Shown piece by piece: positions 39,296 to 49,087 of a stretch of DNA of 64,000 nucleotides. The notes beneath the pieces are model-generated. The model was not told the DNA's origin. It saw nothing but the letters and a program-made list of their open reading frames with translations, and did no database searches. The stretch comes from Candidatus Woesearchaeota archaeon (lineage in GTDB: Archaea > Nanobdellota > Nanobdellia > Woesearchaeales > UBA119), in contig DAOSEK010000001.1 of the NCBI GenBank assembly GCA_035363095.1, forward strand, positions 82,473 through 146,472, written 5' to 3'. How positions within the stretch are numbered: the first letter of the stretch is position 1; each line of letters starts with the position of its first letter. Position numbers and translations under genes: made by a program.

Positions 39296-39417
39296 TGTCT
39301 ATTTTCCCCTCTTTTTTAGTTTATGTGGACTATTATTCCAAGCCCCTATACCAATCTTTAGAAGATATATTATATAAACTTTTTGTTTTTATTGACTAAA
39401 AGAGCTTTTGAAGTGAC

Positions 39418-39897
39418 CTATTTTTGGGGTTTTTGCTCTTTTTTTGAGAATATCACGTCTGCTTTTCCTGAGAATTCACCAATTCTTTCAATTATTGGCT
39501 GTACTATGTAGGGCATGAAATGTTCGTAAAAGAGTTGTTTTAAAGGCATGAATTCTTTAATTCTATAGCCTTGTGGAACTTTTTCTATCAGACCTAAGTT
39601 TTTTATCCTTCTCATCTGGCGCAGTATGTTTGAAGGAGTGATTCCGTTTATTTCAAGCTCAGTTTTTTCCCTTATGTGATATACATAATCTTCTACTTCT
39701 TTTATGCTTAGATGATTTTTTATTGCGCTATTTTCTATAAAACACATTAGAATATCTACAACAACATCTCGTGAGTCACCGGGTTGTAAAAGACCATATG
39801 ATAGGCAAAGCCTTTTTGATATCTCTCTTTCATCAAGATTTTTTGGCTTTTCATACTTTCGTAATGTTACTTGGGATAATGCTCTTTCGCGGACCAT
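39418..39897 (-). CDS. Putative winged-helix DNA-binding protein
   Basis: ITPSNILRQMRRIKNLGLIEKVPQGYRI resembles DeoR/MarR-type recognition helix plus wing. Confidence 0.35.
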   Translation of the reverse strand: MVRERALSQVTLRKYEKPKNLDEREISKRLCLSYGLLQPGDSRDVVVDILMCFIENSAIKNHLSIKEVEDYVYHIREKTELEINGITPSNILRQMRRIKNLGLIEKVPQGYRIKEFMPLKQLFYEHFMPYIVQPIIERIGEFSGKADVIFSKKEQKPQK

Positions 39898-39967
39898 TTG
39901 AGTATTTTATTTGGAGTGTGCTATAAATAGTTTTCTAATGCGCATTGTTAAATAATTTTAGTATTAT

Positions 39968-40792
39968 TTATTTTTTAGGCTTTTGCTCGTTTCTTGCGGA
40001 GTAGAATAAGAACTCCTGAGCATATCCTGCATAATGCCCGAAGTACTCTTTGAAAAATGAGGTTATAAATTCTTTTGACTTTATTTCATTTTTAAAATAA
40101 AGCCTTTCGGTCTCTCTTTTTATCCATACATCAACAGGAAAGGCGTCATAGAACTTTAGGGAGAACAAACAAATGCACTCAGATACTTTATCGCCTATGC
40201 CGTTAAAAGACATTAGTATTTTTTTTGCATCAGAATAGTCAGTTTTTTTTATTTTGTCTAAAAGCTCTTTTGTTGCAATCTGAGAGCATTGATAGATATA
40301 TTTTGAGCGAAAGCCTGCACTTGATTGTTTTATCAATTCTAAATCCGAGATTTGTTTAGGAAGTGGGAATAAAAATAACTGTTTGTCTTTAAATGTTACA
40401 GGATTTCCAAAAGATTTAGAAATAGACAATATGTTTCTTTTGATTTTTGGGACATTTGAAGCCGAGCTACAGATAAAACTAATCATACATTGAAATAGGT
40501 CTTGGTTTATGATTCTTAAACCTAAAGAGCGATGTATTGCAGACTCTATTATTTTATCTTTTGAGATTTCTTTGAGCATGTTTTTGTAATCTAGATCCAA
40601 AGAAAAGAAATTGATTAGGAATTCTTCAGTAATGTTTCCATCAAAGTAAAGATGTTGCCCTTGTTGTTTTATTATAAAAAAGTTTGAGCCATCAACTACA
40701 AAAAAGACGCCATCTTCTTCAAAGTAGTTAAAGAACTGGCCACATTCAAGGGTTTTTTTAAGGTCAAATAAAGGTGCTTTTATTTTTCTCAT
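39968..40792 (-). CDS. HhH-GPD DNA glycosylase (Ogg-like 8-oxoguanine DNA glycosylase/lyase)
   Basis: Helix-hairpin-helix LMSFNGIGDKVSECICLF, followed by a catalytic Asp region (FPVDVWIKR). Confidence 0.65.
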   Translation of the reverse strand: MRKIKAPLFDLKKTLECGQFFNYFEEDGVFFVVDGSNFFIIKQQGQHLYFDGNITEEFLINFFSLDLDYKNMLKEISKDKIIESAIHRSLGLRIINQDLFQCMISFICSSASNVPKIKRNILSISKSFGNPVTFKDKQLFLFPLPKQISDLELIKQSSAGFRSKYIYQCSQIATKELLDKIKKTDYSDAKKILMSFNGIGDKVSECICLFSLKFYDAFPVDVWIKRETERLYFKNEIKSKEFITSFFKEYFGHYAGYAQEFLFYSARNEQKPKK

Positions 40793-40885
40793 TTTTTGGA
40801 AATGATTTTCAATGAACTTATTTTGTTATTTAACCATTATGTTTTTGGTAAACTATATAAAAATGGGGGTTATTACCCTTATTTA

Positions 40886-41204
40886 CGGGACGCAAAGCCA
40901 ACTCCGAGCAATCGAGGAAAGTCCGCCCACCTAAAAAAAGGCGCTTTTAATCTTTAAAAGATTTCGAAAGGGATGGCAACTGCACAGAAACAAAACCACC
41001 TAAAAACTTGTTATGATGCTTGCGAAGAAGATGGTGACATCTTTGAGACTAACCAGCAGAACATTTGGTTTTTAGGAAAGGATGAAAAGGCAGTCCCGCC
41101 TGGTGCAAGGCCTTTAGCGCCGCTTAGTCGAATGTTGGCAAATCCATCCTTTGCTTTAGGGCAAAATAGGGGATTTCACAAAAGGCGGCTTATTTGCGTC
41201 CCTT
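40886..41204 (+). ncRNA. rnpB: RNase P RNA
   Basis: The P1 strands GGGACGCAAAGCC and GGCTTATTTGCGTCCC pair. CR-I/P4 is GAGGAAAGTCCGCCCACC. CR-V-like is CACAAAAGGCGGCTTA. A T8 terminator follows. The track ORF 40973..41221 is spurious. Confidence 0.75.
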
Positions 41205-41210
41205 TTTTTT
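41203..41210 (+). terminator. Oligo-T terminator after RNase P RNA
   Basis: TTTTTTTT immediately 3' of the P1 closing strand. Confidence 0.5.
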
Positions 41211-41487
41211 CTTTGAGATAATTTAAGGGTCTAACTAAGAGTATTACATGCAAAATGCAAAAGCTTTAAATAAAAAAGAAATTTCAACATCAATATGGCA
41301 ACTAGAAGGACATTTATGCCCTCTTCGGGAGGGGGAATTATCAGGTATGGAGATGGCTATAAATCTATGTTTAGCATAAAGCCAGGATATCTTGTGGTGC
41401 TGATAGCTATTATAGTCGGAGTTATTTTGATATTTCAGATGTATGGAGCAAGGCTTTTGGGCTTAGTTTAGATGAAGGTGGTTTTCG

Positions 41488-41838
41488 ATGTATGGCAATA
41501 TTAATCCTAGACAGATGAAGCAAGCCATGAAGAGGTTTGGGATAAATGAACAGCAAGTTGAGGCTAAAAGGGTCATTATTGAACTGGAAGGATCAAGGCT
41601 TGTTATTGATGAACCATCAGTTTCCAAGATTAACATGATGGGTCAAGAGGTCTATCAGATTTCTGGAGAGGAAAGGACCGAACAGCTAGATGTGGCTCCT
41701 GATATCTCTGAAGAGGACATTAATACTGTTATGGATTCTTGTGGTTGTGATTATGATACGGCAAAGGAAGCTATTTTGAGCTCAAATGGTGATCTTGCAA
41801 AAGCTATTCTTGATATTAATAGCAATGATTCACAATAA
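41488..41838 (+). CDS. nac: Nascent polypeptide-associated complex protein (NAC alpha homolog) with C-terminal UBA domain
   Basis: NAC domain (RVIIELEGSRLVIDEPSV...MMGQEVYQI) and UBA (EDINTVMDSCGCDYDTAKEAILSSNGDLAKAI). Confidence 0.8.
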   Translation: MYGNINPRQMKQAMKRFGINEQQVEAKRVIIELEGSRLVIDEPSVSKINMMGQEVYQISGEERTEQLDVAPDISEEDINTVMDSCGCDYDTAKEAILSSNGDLAKAILDINSNDSQ

Positions 41839-41959
41839 GAGCTAAGTTGTTTTTTGTATTTGTTTTATATGGGTTATCATCTTTTTGAGGTGTTAAGAGA
41901 CATTTACACCGCTGTTTAAGCATAATGTTTTTAAATGTTAAAGATATTGTGATTAGGGT

Positions 41960-42457
41960 ATGCCTCCCAAAATCCCTGAAAAGCACCATGTTTCTTTGTT
42001 ATCTGCAAAGCAAAATATTAAGGTTGCAGACCATATGATGAATGTTACTTATCCTTTGGTTATGGACCCAAAGCTTTTCCCTACGATTATAGAGAATATT
42101 TTTTTGGGTTATACTAACGCGTTAGCGGCAATTTTATATTATGAGAGATATTATAAGAGGATTCCTCCTTTTAATGATAGTTTTGATTCAAAGCTTATGT
42201 TTTATGAAACTTATGTTAAGGAACAATACAAGTTTAATAATCATTATTCAAAGACTATGAATAATTTAAGAGAACTTATGATTGCTCATAAGAAAAGTCC
42301 AGTTGAGTTTAGCAGGAAAGGAAAATTTGTTATTTGTAATGATGAATACTCTCTTAAGACCTTGGATATTGATACTGTGAAATCTTATATCAGGGAGTGT
42401 AAGGTCTTTATTTCAGAGATTGATAAGATAATCGCTAAGGAGGTAAAGATATATTAA
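41960..42457 (+). CDS. Hypothetical helical protein, paralog of 42808..43272
   Basis: 165 aa. Shared blocks with the downstream ORF include ..IK.ADH.., FNN and DI..VKSY. Confidence 0.35.
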   Translation: MPPKIPEKHHVSLLSAKQNIKVADHMMNVTYPLVMDPKLFPTIIENIFLGYTNALAAILYYERYYKRIPPFNDSFDSKLMFYETYVKEQYKFNNHYSKTMNNLRELMIAHKKSPVEFSRKGKFVICNDEYSLKTLDIDTVKSYIRECKVFISEIDKIIAKEVKIY

Positions 42458-42479
42458 TGAACAAGGTGTTATTTTTTGT

Positions 42480-42635
42480 GATTTCATGAAATCCAACATC
42501 ACTTCGCATACTTTGGTCTTTAGACTTGGTCTTTGGGCCTGAAGTTTGAAGAGACAAATTCATATAACATTTAACCTCAACTATCCACAGGATACCGGGA
42601 GCATTTATTCCGAGGTTTTTCATTTTTATGAAATC
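42480..42635. repeat. Modular intergenic repeat flanked by GATTTCATGAAATC at both ends (MITE-like unit)
   Basis: GATTTCATGAAATC, K-box-rc (CACTTCGCATACTTTGGTC), CTTTAGACTTGGTC..., AACCTCAACTATCC, GGGAGCATTTATTCCGAGGTTTTTCATTTTTATGAAATC. Confidence 0.75.
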
Positions 42636-42711
42636 TTTAATGGATTTTGAATAATTTGATATTTTAACCTAATATAAGAATAGTATAAGAAGAAACGAAT
42701 TAAGAAGGGAA

Positions 42712-42793
42712 GTTTCATAAAACGATTAACCTTTAACTATCTAGTAAGATACCCTTAAGCGTTTATGCTTAAAGAAGGTTTTTCATGTTTATG
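42712..42793. repeat. Partial repeat (M4-type module) directly upstream of 42808 ORF
   Basis: AAACGATTAACCTTTAACTATCTAGTAAGATACCCTTAAGCGTTTATGCTTAAAGAAGGTTTTTCATGTTTATG is homologous to 24960..25060. Confidence 0.65.
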
Positions 42794-42807
42794 TATAAAG
42801 GTGATAT

Positions 42808-43272
42808 TTGATGATTGAAACGCTTAATGATGCGTATACTGAGATTAAGAGAGCTGATCATATTGTTTATGTTAGTTTGAAGTACACAAGGACCGCAGAT
42901 GTTATTAGGAATGTTGTTGAAAGACTTATAGATGCAAATACCCTAATGATTAGTTCTCTTATAAAGAAATTAGCGATTGAAGGTAAGATTGTTGATTCGG
43001 ATTATTCTTTATCAGATCATATAAAGATACTAAAGGATAATTTTTCAGATGATAAGGTTATAATGGAGATGCTTGAATTCAACAACTATCTTCGTAAGCT
43101 TAGCAGAGCTGAATTTACTGGAGAGAATGAGTATAGAAGACATGTGATGATGAAGGCGATTGTTGATGGAATTTTACAACAGATAGATATCGAGAAAATT
43201 ACACAATATTATGATCAGGTAAAATCTTATTTTTTTCATATAAGAAACATGATTTTACCACCTGAAAATTAA
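42808..43272 (+). CDS. Hypothetical helical protein, paralog of 41960..42457
   Basis: 154 aa. See the paralog entry at 41960. Confidence 0.35.
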   Translation: MMIETLNDAYTEIKRADHIVYVSLKYTRTADVIRNVVERLIDANTLMISSLIKKLAIEGKIVDSDYSLSDHIKILKDNFSDDKVIMEMLEFNNYLRKLSRAEFTGENEYRRHVMMKAIVDGILQQIDIEKITQYYDQVKSYFFHIRNMILPPEN

Positions 43273-43281
43273 GAGTGCAAA

Positions 43282-43776
43282 ATGAAAGAAAGTACTGTAA
43301 ATACTCTGCTTAGGAAAGGATGGAGTGAAGAAGAGATCAATGATTATTTTACTAGGTTGTATAGAAAAGAGGATCGTTTACAAAACAAAAGGTTATCTAG
43401 GATTGTATTTTTTGGAAATGTAGTGATGATTTTGTTTCTAGCTCTCATGATGGGAGTGCTTACACTTGTTTTTACAGGTTTTCAATGGTCTGTTTTGTCA
43501 TTGGGAGTAATTATTTTTTTCTCTTCTTTTATCACTTATAGAAATAAGGGTATAATTTCTGAGTTATTCTTTAAAAAAAGAGTGTTTTTGCTTAATGCTT
43601 CTATTTCTTTTTTTTTAGCTGTGATTGCACTTTTATTTAGTTATTTTTTTTATGATTTGTTTTTGGCGAGTATCGATGGTGGACCGGGTTATTTTCCGTT
43701 GATTGAGTATTGTATTGTATCTTTTGCAGTAGTGCTTACAACTTGGCTTTTTTTAATAATGTTTGAAGAGAAATGA
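43282..43776 (+). CDS. Hypothetical membrane protein (4 TM)
   Basis: 164 aa with a basic N-terminus followed by four hydrophobic helices. Confidence 0.35.
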   Translation: MKESTVNTLLRKGWSEEEINDYFTRLYRKEDRLQNKRLSRIVFFGNVVMILFLALMMGVLTLVFTGFQWSVLSLGVIIFFSSFITYRNKGIISELFFKKRVFLLNASISFFLAVIALLFSYFFYDLFLASIDGGPGYFPLIEYCIVSFAVVLTTWLFLIMFEEK

Positions 43777-43869
43777 TGAAAAATCTAATTTTTTGGTGGT
43801 TTGAAAGCACAAACTTTTTAAAAGAAGGGTTAATTCTTCTTAGCACAATATTGAAATGGAGGATTAAAT

Positions 43870-44037
43870 ATGGAAACGTTATGTTCATCATGTAAAACGA
43901 ATGTTAGTAATCTTAATGGGACAGTAGAGTTCTTGTGCCCTGAATGTGGAAAATCAACCATTATTAGGTGTGTTGATTGCAGAAAGAAGGCTGTTAAATA
44001 TACATGTCCTGAATGTGGATTTGTAGGTCCTAATTAA
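43870..44037 (+). CDS. Zn-ribbon protein (COG2888-type, translation-associated), 55 aa
   Basis: Two CxxC...CPxC knuckles (CSSCKT..CPECGK; CVDCRK..CPECGF). It lies in the classical position immediately upstream of aEF-1beta. It is not in the ORF track because it is under 60 aa. Confidence 0.6.
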   Translation: METLCSSCKTNVSNLNGTVEFLCPECGKSTIIRCVDCRKKAVKYTCPECGFVGPN

Positions 44038-44090
44038 ATAGGTTAATTTTGGTTTTTTTAGTATTTAAATCTTTTAGAGAGTTGAGAAAT

Positions 44091-44369
44091 ATGGCAGATG
44101 TTGTTATAACTATGAAAATTATGGAATCTTCACCTGAGGTTGATTTGGGGAAGCTTGATGAGAATGTAAAGAATTTGATTACAGAATATGCAGGAAGTGG
44201 AGCTTATAAAAGTTCTATTGAGCCTATTGCTTTTGGATTAAATGCATTAATCGTTTCTTTTGTAATGGATGAAAAGCTTGGTGGAACTGATCATTTAGAG
44301 GAAGAGATTTCTAAAATTGAAGGAGTTGAATCTGTTAGTGTTACAGATGTAAGGAGAGCTATTGGCTAA
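44091..44369 (+). CDS. ef1b: Translation elongation factor 1-beta (aEF-1beta)
   Basis: MADVVITMKIMESSPEVDLGKL...IEPIAFGLNALIV is the archaeal EF1B signature. The start is taken at the internal Met at 44091. Confidence 0.8.
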   Translation: MADVVITMKIMESSPEVDLGKLDENVKNLITEYAGSGAYKSSIEPIAFGLNALIVSFVMDEKLGGTDHLEEEISKIEGVESVSVTDVRRAIG

Positions 44370-45468
44370 GTGATTTTAGCGTTTTTTCTATTTCTTTTAA
44401 TGAAGCGTTTGTTTTTATTGCTGTACTTAGGAAATGTGTTTTAGTGCAAATGTAGTTTTTATTTTGTAATGAAGAAATGATTTCATTTGTGTTTGGTGCT
44501 GAAATTTTTAGTTTTTTGCATATTGAGTGTATATCGTAATAAAAAGGATATTCGTTTGGTTCAAATAGGACTCGATTTATAAAGTTTAATAATTTTTGAT
44601 CGTTATATTCTTTTGCCAAATCATGCATTTTTTGTAAAAGCAATGTGTTGTTTAATTGACCAAGCCAAAGCGGACCTGCAGTTTGATGATCTTTATTTTG
44701 GTTTGAGTTATCTACGAAAAATTCAAGTGAAATGGGGTTAAAATGTAGATATTTATGAAGATTTAAAATCTCATCACACTCTTTTTTTGATTTTTGGGAT
44801 TTGAAATAAATCCTCATGTAGTGGTCTTTTGAGTAGGACAAAACAGGTATTAATGCTAGGTCGTATTTCATTGCGATTTTTTGAACTGCAGAGATTAGGA
44901 TTCTAATACCTGTTTCATACATTAATTCATTGCGTATTGGTTTTGAGCCATATCTTCTAAGACAAACTTTTGGGTATGAGCCACAAAGAGAGGAGGTATC
45001 TGTTGCTGTAATCGCTAAAATTCCATCAGATTTTAATTTTCTAACAGCAGATTCTATAAAGTAGATTGGACTCCCAAAAGGGTCTATATCAATGTAATCA
45101 AATGAGATTTTTTGAATGTTAAAAAAGTGGTTTGCATCAAGGTTTGATATTTCAGCAAATTTTTTAATTTTGTTTAGTAAAAGATTTTTTTTTGTTAATT
45201 TGGATGCATTTGGGTTTATGTCATTAAAATAAACTTTTGATATGGTTTTACTTGGGGTTTCGTTTATTATTCTTATTCCTCTTATGCCACTTCCTTCTAA
45301 AGGAAGCGCGATATTTGCGTTATTAAATCCTATTGAAGATATTAAAAGAACTGCTATGTCTCTGTTATGTTTCATTAAGGGGTTATAAAATACAGGCATC
45401 TTTTTTGAGACTATTTCTTCTATAAATCCGTAAAAACTTGATTTTCCTTCTGTGATTATTTTAGACAT
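44359..45468 (-). CDS. trm1: tRNA (guanine26-N2)-dimethyltransferase Trm1
   Basis: VFYNPLMKHNRDIAVL, DALSGSGIRGIR-like SAM motif, and a C-terminal Trm1-specific domain. Confidence 0.8.
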   Translation of the reverse strand: MSKIITEGKSSFYGFIEEIVSKKMPVFYNPLMKHNRDIAVLLISSIGFNNANIALPLEGSGIRGIRIINETPSKTISKVYFNDINPNASKLTKKNLLLNKIKKFAEISNLDANHFFNIQKISFDYIDIDPFGSPIYFIESAVRKLKSDGILAITATDTSSLCGSYPKVCLRRYGSKPIRNELMYETGIRILISAVQKIAMKYDLALIPVLSYSKDHYMRIYFKSQKSKKECDEILNLHKYLHFNPISLEFFVDNSNQNKDHQTAGPLWLGQLNNTLLLQKMHDLAKEYNDQKLLNFINRVLFEPNEYPFYYDIHSICKKLKISAPNTNEIISSLQNKNYICTKTHFLSTAIKTNASLKEIEKTLKSLSQ

Positions 45469-45693
45469 TATTTACATAAGTGTATAATTTGGGTTTTTAA
45501 ATATATGGTATTGAAAGTTAAGGATTCTTTTTGGTTTTTTTTAAAAATAGATTTTTAGGTTATATAATCTTAATTAGTACATGATATAAATAGAAACAAT
45601 ATATATGCTTCAATATCGCTTTATAAATAATTCCGTTAGTCAACTTATGCGCGTTATCTAGCAATGTATACTATATTTTTTTATTCTTAGCGA

Positions 45694-45845
45694 AATCAAC
45701 AACCTCGCCCTAAAGGCCGAGATATGTTGGTAATATAAAAGCATGCGCTGTATTAAAGCGAGGTTGTTGATTACAAGGTTGTTGATTACAAAAAAGCGTA
45801 CCAAGTTTTCGTGTTTAAACATCAGGTATCCTTTTCTATCAATAA
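45694..45845. repeat. Modular intergenic repeat (hairpin module with internal 14-nt duplication GGTTGTTGATTACA x2)
   Basis: AATCAACAACCTCGCCCTAAAGGCCGAGATATGTTGG...GCGAGGTTGTTGATTACAAGGTTGTTGATTACAAAAAAGCGTACCAAG. Confidence 0.75.
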
Positions 45846-45923
45846 ATTGATTAAGAATATTTATAATGTAGACGAAAATATATTTGCAGAAAACAATAAT
45901 AATTATGATAAATCTAGCACTTA

Positions 45924-46169
45924 TTAAAAGATATGATATTCTTTTATTATACTCATTAAAGCGTCATAATCTTGATTGACCATTTTTCTTCTTTCTTCTT
46001 CGTTTACTTGGGGTATTGGATTAATATTGTATCCCCAAACTTTTATTTTTTTTGGAGTTTTACAAAGACCTTGTATTTCTTCGGTCCACTCTTTAATCTC
46101 TACTTCATATTTTCGACCATAAACAATGTATGTACCTTTGATTTTAGATGAGAATTTATTTGTTTCCAT
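45924..46169 (-). CDS. Hypothetical small protein
   Basis: 81 aa ORF. Confidence 0.3.
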   Translation of the reverse strand: METNKFSSKIKGTYIVYGRKYEVEIKEWTEEIQGLCKTPKKIKVWGYNINPIPQVNEEERRKMVNQDYDALMSIIKEYHIF

Positions 46170-46316
46170 TTTTTTTAACTTACTTATTTTTTTAAAATGA
46201 TAATTTTTTAGGTTTAGAAGATATAGCCAATTTTTAAGGTTTTCTTTTTAAAATATTTGATTACAATGCTTTTTAGGATAAGCTTTATAAAATAGGGATT
46301 ACTCTCTTAAAAGCTA

Positions 46317-48098
46317 ATGGTAGATGTATGCAAAGGTAGAAGCCCTATATGTTCTGTTGTTGGGCATGTGGACCATGGAAAGTCAAGTATATTAGATAGG
46401 ATTAGAAATTCAAGAATAGTTGATAAAGAGGCAGGGGGGATTACACAAGCAATAGGCGCCTCAATTGTTCCTTTTGAAACTATCTGCAAGAATTGTATGC
46501 CTGTTTTGGGAAAGCTTGATAATAAAATAAAGGTGCCAGGCATTTTATTTATTGACACTCCAGGTCATGCGGCATTTACAAATTTAAGAAAAAGAGGAGG
46601 AAATCTTTCTGATATTGCAATTTTGGTGGTTGATATTAATGAAGGATTTAAGCCTCAAACAATTGAATCTGTAAAGATTCTTAAGATGTATAAAACTCCT
46701 TTTATTATTGCAGCAAATAAAATTGATAAGATTTCAGGGTATTCTAAGAAGGATAATTCGGTTATAAAATCAATATCAATGCAAAAAGAGGATGTTTTGC
46801 AAAGAGTTGAGAATGGGATTTATAGTATTGTAGGTCAACTCTATGAGCTTGGGATTAATTCTGAAAGGTTTGATAGAGTAAGTGATTATACAAAGCAGAT
46901 TGCTATTGTTCCATGTTCTGCTTTAACTGGAGAGGGAATAGCTGAGATTTTAATGCTCATATCAGGACTTGCACAAAAGTTTTTGGAGTGCGATTTGAGT
47001 TTTAGTGTAGATAACCTAGCTAAGGGAACTATTCTTGAGGTGATGGAGGTTAAAGGTCTAGGGGTTACAATAGATGTAATTTTATTTGACGGTACATTGA
47101 AGGTAGGAGATACAATTTGCTTAGGAGGACTTAATGGACCAATTGTTACAAAGGTTAAGGCTCTTCTTATGCCTTCACCTTTAAGTGAGATAAGAGATAA
47201 AAAGGGAGTATTCAAATCTGTTAAGAATGCTGTTGCAGCTACAGGTGTTAAGATTTCTGCTCCTCTTTTAGATGAAGCGATGGCAGGCACTCCGGTATTT
47301 GCATCTGAAAATACTTTAGAAGATATTGAGAGAAAAAAAAGACAAGTGTTAAAAGAGATTGATACTGTATATATTGAGACTCAAAAGAGCGGGGTAATTG
47401 TTAAAGCGGATAGTCTTGGAAGCCTTGAAGCACTTGTAACTTTGCTCAAGGAAGAAAAAGTTCCAATAAGAAAGGCAAGTGTAGGGGATATTACTAAAAA
47501 TGACTTTTTGGAAGCTGAAGGGATGATTTCAGAAAAGCCAGAATTTGTGGTAATTTTGGGTTTTAATGTTGGATTTAAATGTAACCAAGAAGATTTTAAG
47601 AAAATCAAAGTGATTAGTAATGAAGTGATTTATAGGATAATCGAAGAGTACAAAAAATGGTCTGATGAGATTAAAAAACTTGAAGAACTAAAAAAGCTAG
47701 GGGAGCTTACATCCCCATGTAAAATTAAGTATCTGCCAAATCATACATTCAGGCAATCTAATCCAGCGATAATAGGTGTTGAAATAATGCTAGGAACCCT
47801 AAAAGTTGGAGCTAGACTCATGAAAGAAAATGGAAATATGGCAGGGATTGTAAAAGGGATTCAAATTGAGAGTGAAAGTCTAAAATCTGCAGATGCAAAA
47901 AGTAATGTTGCAGTTTCTATAAATGATGTGTGCTGTGGAAGACAGATTAATGAAGGAGAGATTTATTATAGTGCCATGAATGAAGAAGAGTTTAAAAAAT
48001 TGAAGAACGCAAAAGAGTTGTTAAGCCCTGCCCAAATTGAAGTATTAAAAGAGATAGCTATAATTATGAGAAAGAGTAATGAGATGTGGGGAGTATAA
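46317..48098 (+). CDS. infB: Translation initiation factor aIF5B (IF2 homolog)
   Basis: G-domain GHVDHGKSS, DTPGHAAF and NKID, with beta-barrel domains II-IV. Confidence 0.9.
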   Translation: MVDVCKGRSPICSVVGHVDHGKSSILDRIRNSRIVDKEAGGITQAIGASIVPFETICKNCMPVLGKLDNKIKVPGILFIDTPGHAAFTNLRKRGGNLSDIAILVVDINEGFKPQTIESVKILKMYKTPFIIAANKIDKISGYSKKDNSVIKSISMQKEDVLQRVENGIYSIVGQLYELGINSERFDRVSDYTKQIAIVPCSALTGEGIAEILMLISGLAQKFLECDLSFSVDNLAKGTILEVMEVKGLGVTIDVILFDGTLKVGDTICLGGLNGPIVTKVKALLMPSPLSEIRDKKGVFKSVKNAVAATGVKISAPLLDEAMAGTPVFASENTLEDIERKKRQVLKEIDTVYIETQKSGVIVKADSLGSLEALVTLLKEEKVPIRKASVGDITKNDFLEAEGMISEKPEFVVILGFNVGFKCNQEDFKKIKVISNEVIYRIIEEYKKWSDEIKKLEELKKLGELTSPCKIKYLPNHTFRQSNPAIIGVEIMLGTLKVGARLMKENGNMAGIVKGIQIESESLKSADAKSNVAVSINDVCCGRQINEGEIYYSAMNEEEFKKLKNAKELLSPAQIEVLKEIAIIMRKSNEMWGV

Positions 48099-48601
48099 AT
48101 TTTTTCAAAATGAAAGGAGAAATTCTTAATTCAAGAAAGGCAAATGATTTATTAGAAATTATTGCTAATCAGTTAGGCTCTGATAAAAAGGAATTAAAAT
48201 CTATGTTTGCAGAATATGTATTCTTGCTTCTTGGAGAAGGAAAAGTATATCTTGCAAGAAAGGAAGCATTCTCAATAGAACTTGATGAATTGAGAATAAA
48301 TTCAATAGGCGTATATCTTGGAACGATAGAAGAAAGCGGATTTAGATATTCAATAGAAGGCGCCCAAAAACTTTCTTTATTCTCAACTAAAAACATTCTT
48401 TTGTTAAATGAGGAACAAGCAAAACTCTGGATGAAAGGAGAAGATGTTACGGGAGATTTTTCTAAATACGATTTATATGTAATATTGAAGTATGAAGATT
48501 TTATATTAGGATGTGGAAAAAACTCAAACAAAAAAAAGAGGTTAATAAATTTTACACCTAAAGAAAGAAGGATAACAACTGATATGCCTTTCTTGGCCTA
48601 A
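48086..48601 (+). CDS. Putative PUA-domain RNA-binding protein (Nip7-like)
   Basis: 171 aa. The C-terminal YVILKYEDFILGCGKNS...KRLINF resembles a PUA beta-barrel. The assignment is weak. Confidence 0.3.
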   Translation: MGSINFFKMKGEILNSRKANDLLEIIANQLGSDKKELKSMFAEYVFLLLGEGKVYLARKEAFSIELDELRINSIGVYLGTIEESGFRYSIEGAQKLSLFSTKNILLLNEEQAKLWMKGEDVTGDFSKYDLYVILKYEDFILGCGKNSNKKKRLINFTPKERRITTDMPFLA

Positions 48602-48649
48602 AAATACTTTTTCATTTATTAAATAGTTATTACAAATTGATAATTGATA

Positions 48650-48937
48650 TTAATCAAGAATGTAAATATTATTTGCATTAAAAAAATTACCCTGACCAAC
48701 CCCTGAGGCATTAATCTTTGCCCCTTTTGTACATGGAAATTCACTATTAATTGTTATAACCTTCTCCATTTCAATACCGATAGTGATATAACTTTTCTCT
48801 CCATCATAATAATATCTTTTAACAACACCAAAAACCTCATCATGTTGCTCTTCAGAAAACGTGGTTATAACAAATAAACAAATTATTCCTCCAATAGATA
48901 TAAAAAAACATATCTTTAAAAGAGTTTTTTCAAGCAT
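48650..48937 (-). CDS. Hypothetical secreted protein
   Basis: 95 aa with an N-terminal signal/TM. Confidence 0.3.
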   Translation of the reverse strand: MLEKTLLKICFFISIGGIICLFVITTFSEEQHDEVFGVVKRYYYDGEKSYITIGIEMEKVITINSEFPCTKGAKINASGVGQGNFFNANNIYILD

Positions 48938-49087
48938 AAAATTATTTTAGACCAGAATAAATTAATAGATTGTGATAAAAAAACCGTAAAAATTACAACA
49001 TGATAAATAACCTTTTCATATATATCAAGAAGTTTACTTTTTTGATGATATTCTTTTGTAATTGGTCTTTTCAAACGTTAAGCCTAA

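Noticed and set aside
40973-41221. 82-aa plus-strand ORF
   Set aside because: It lies entirely within the RNase P RNA (CR-I/P4 GAGGAAAGTCCGCCC, P1 closing helix, T8 terminator). It is a chance ORF.
41960-43272. HEPN assignment for the paralog pair
   Set aside because: Only one of the two paralogs has an Rx5H spacing (LRELMIAH), and it does not align to the same position in the other. The evidence is insufficient.
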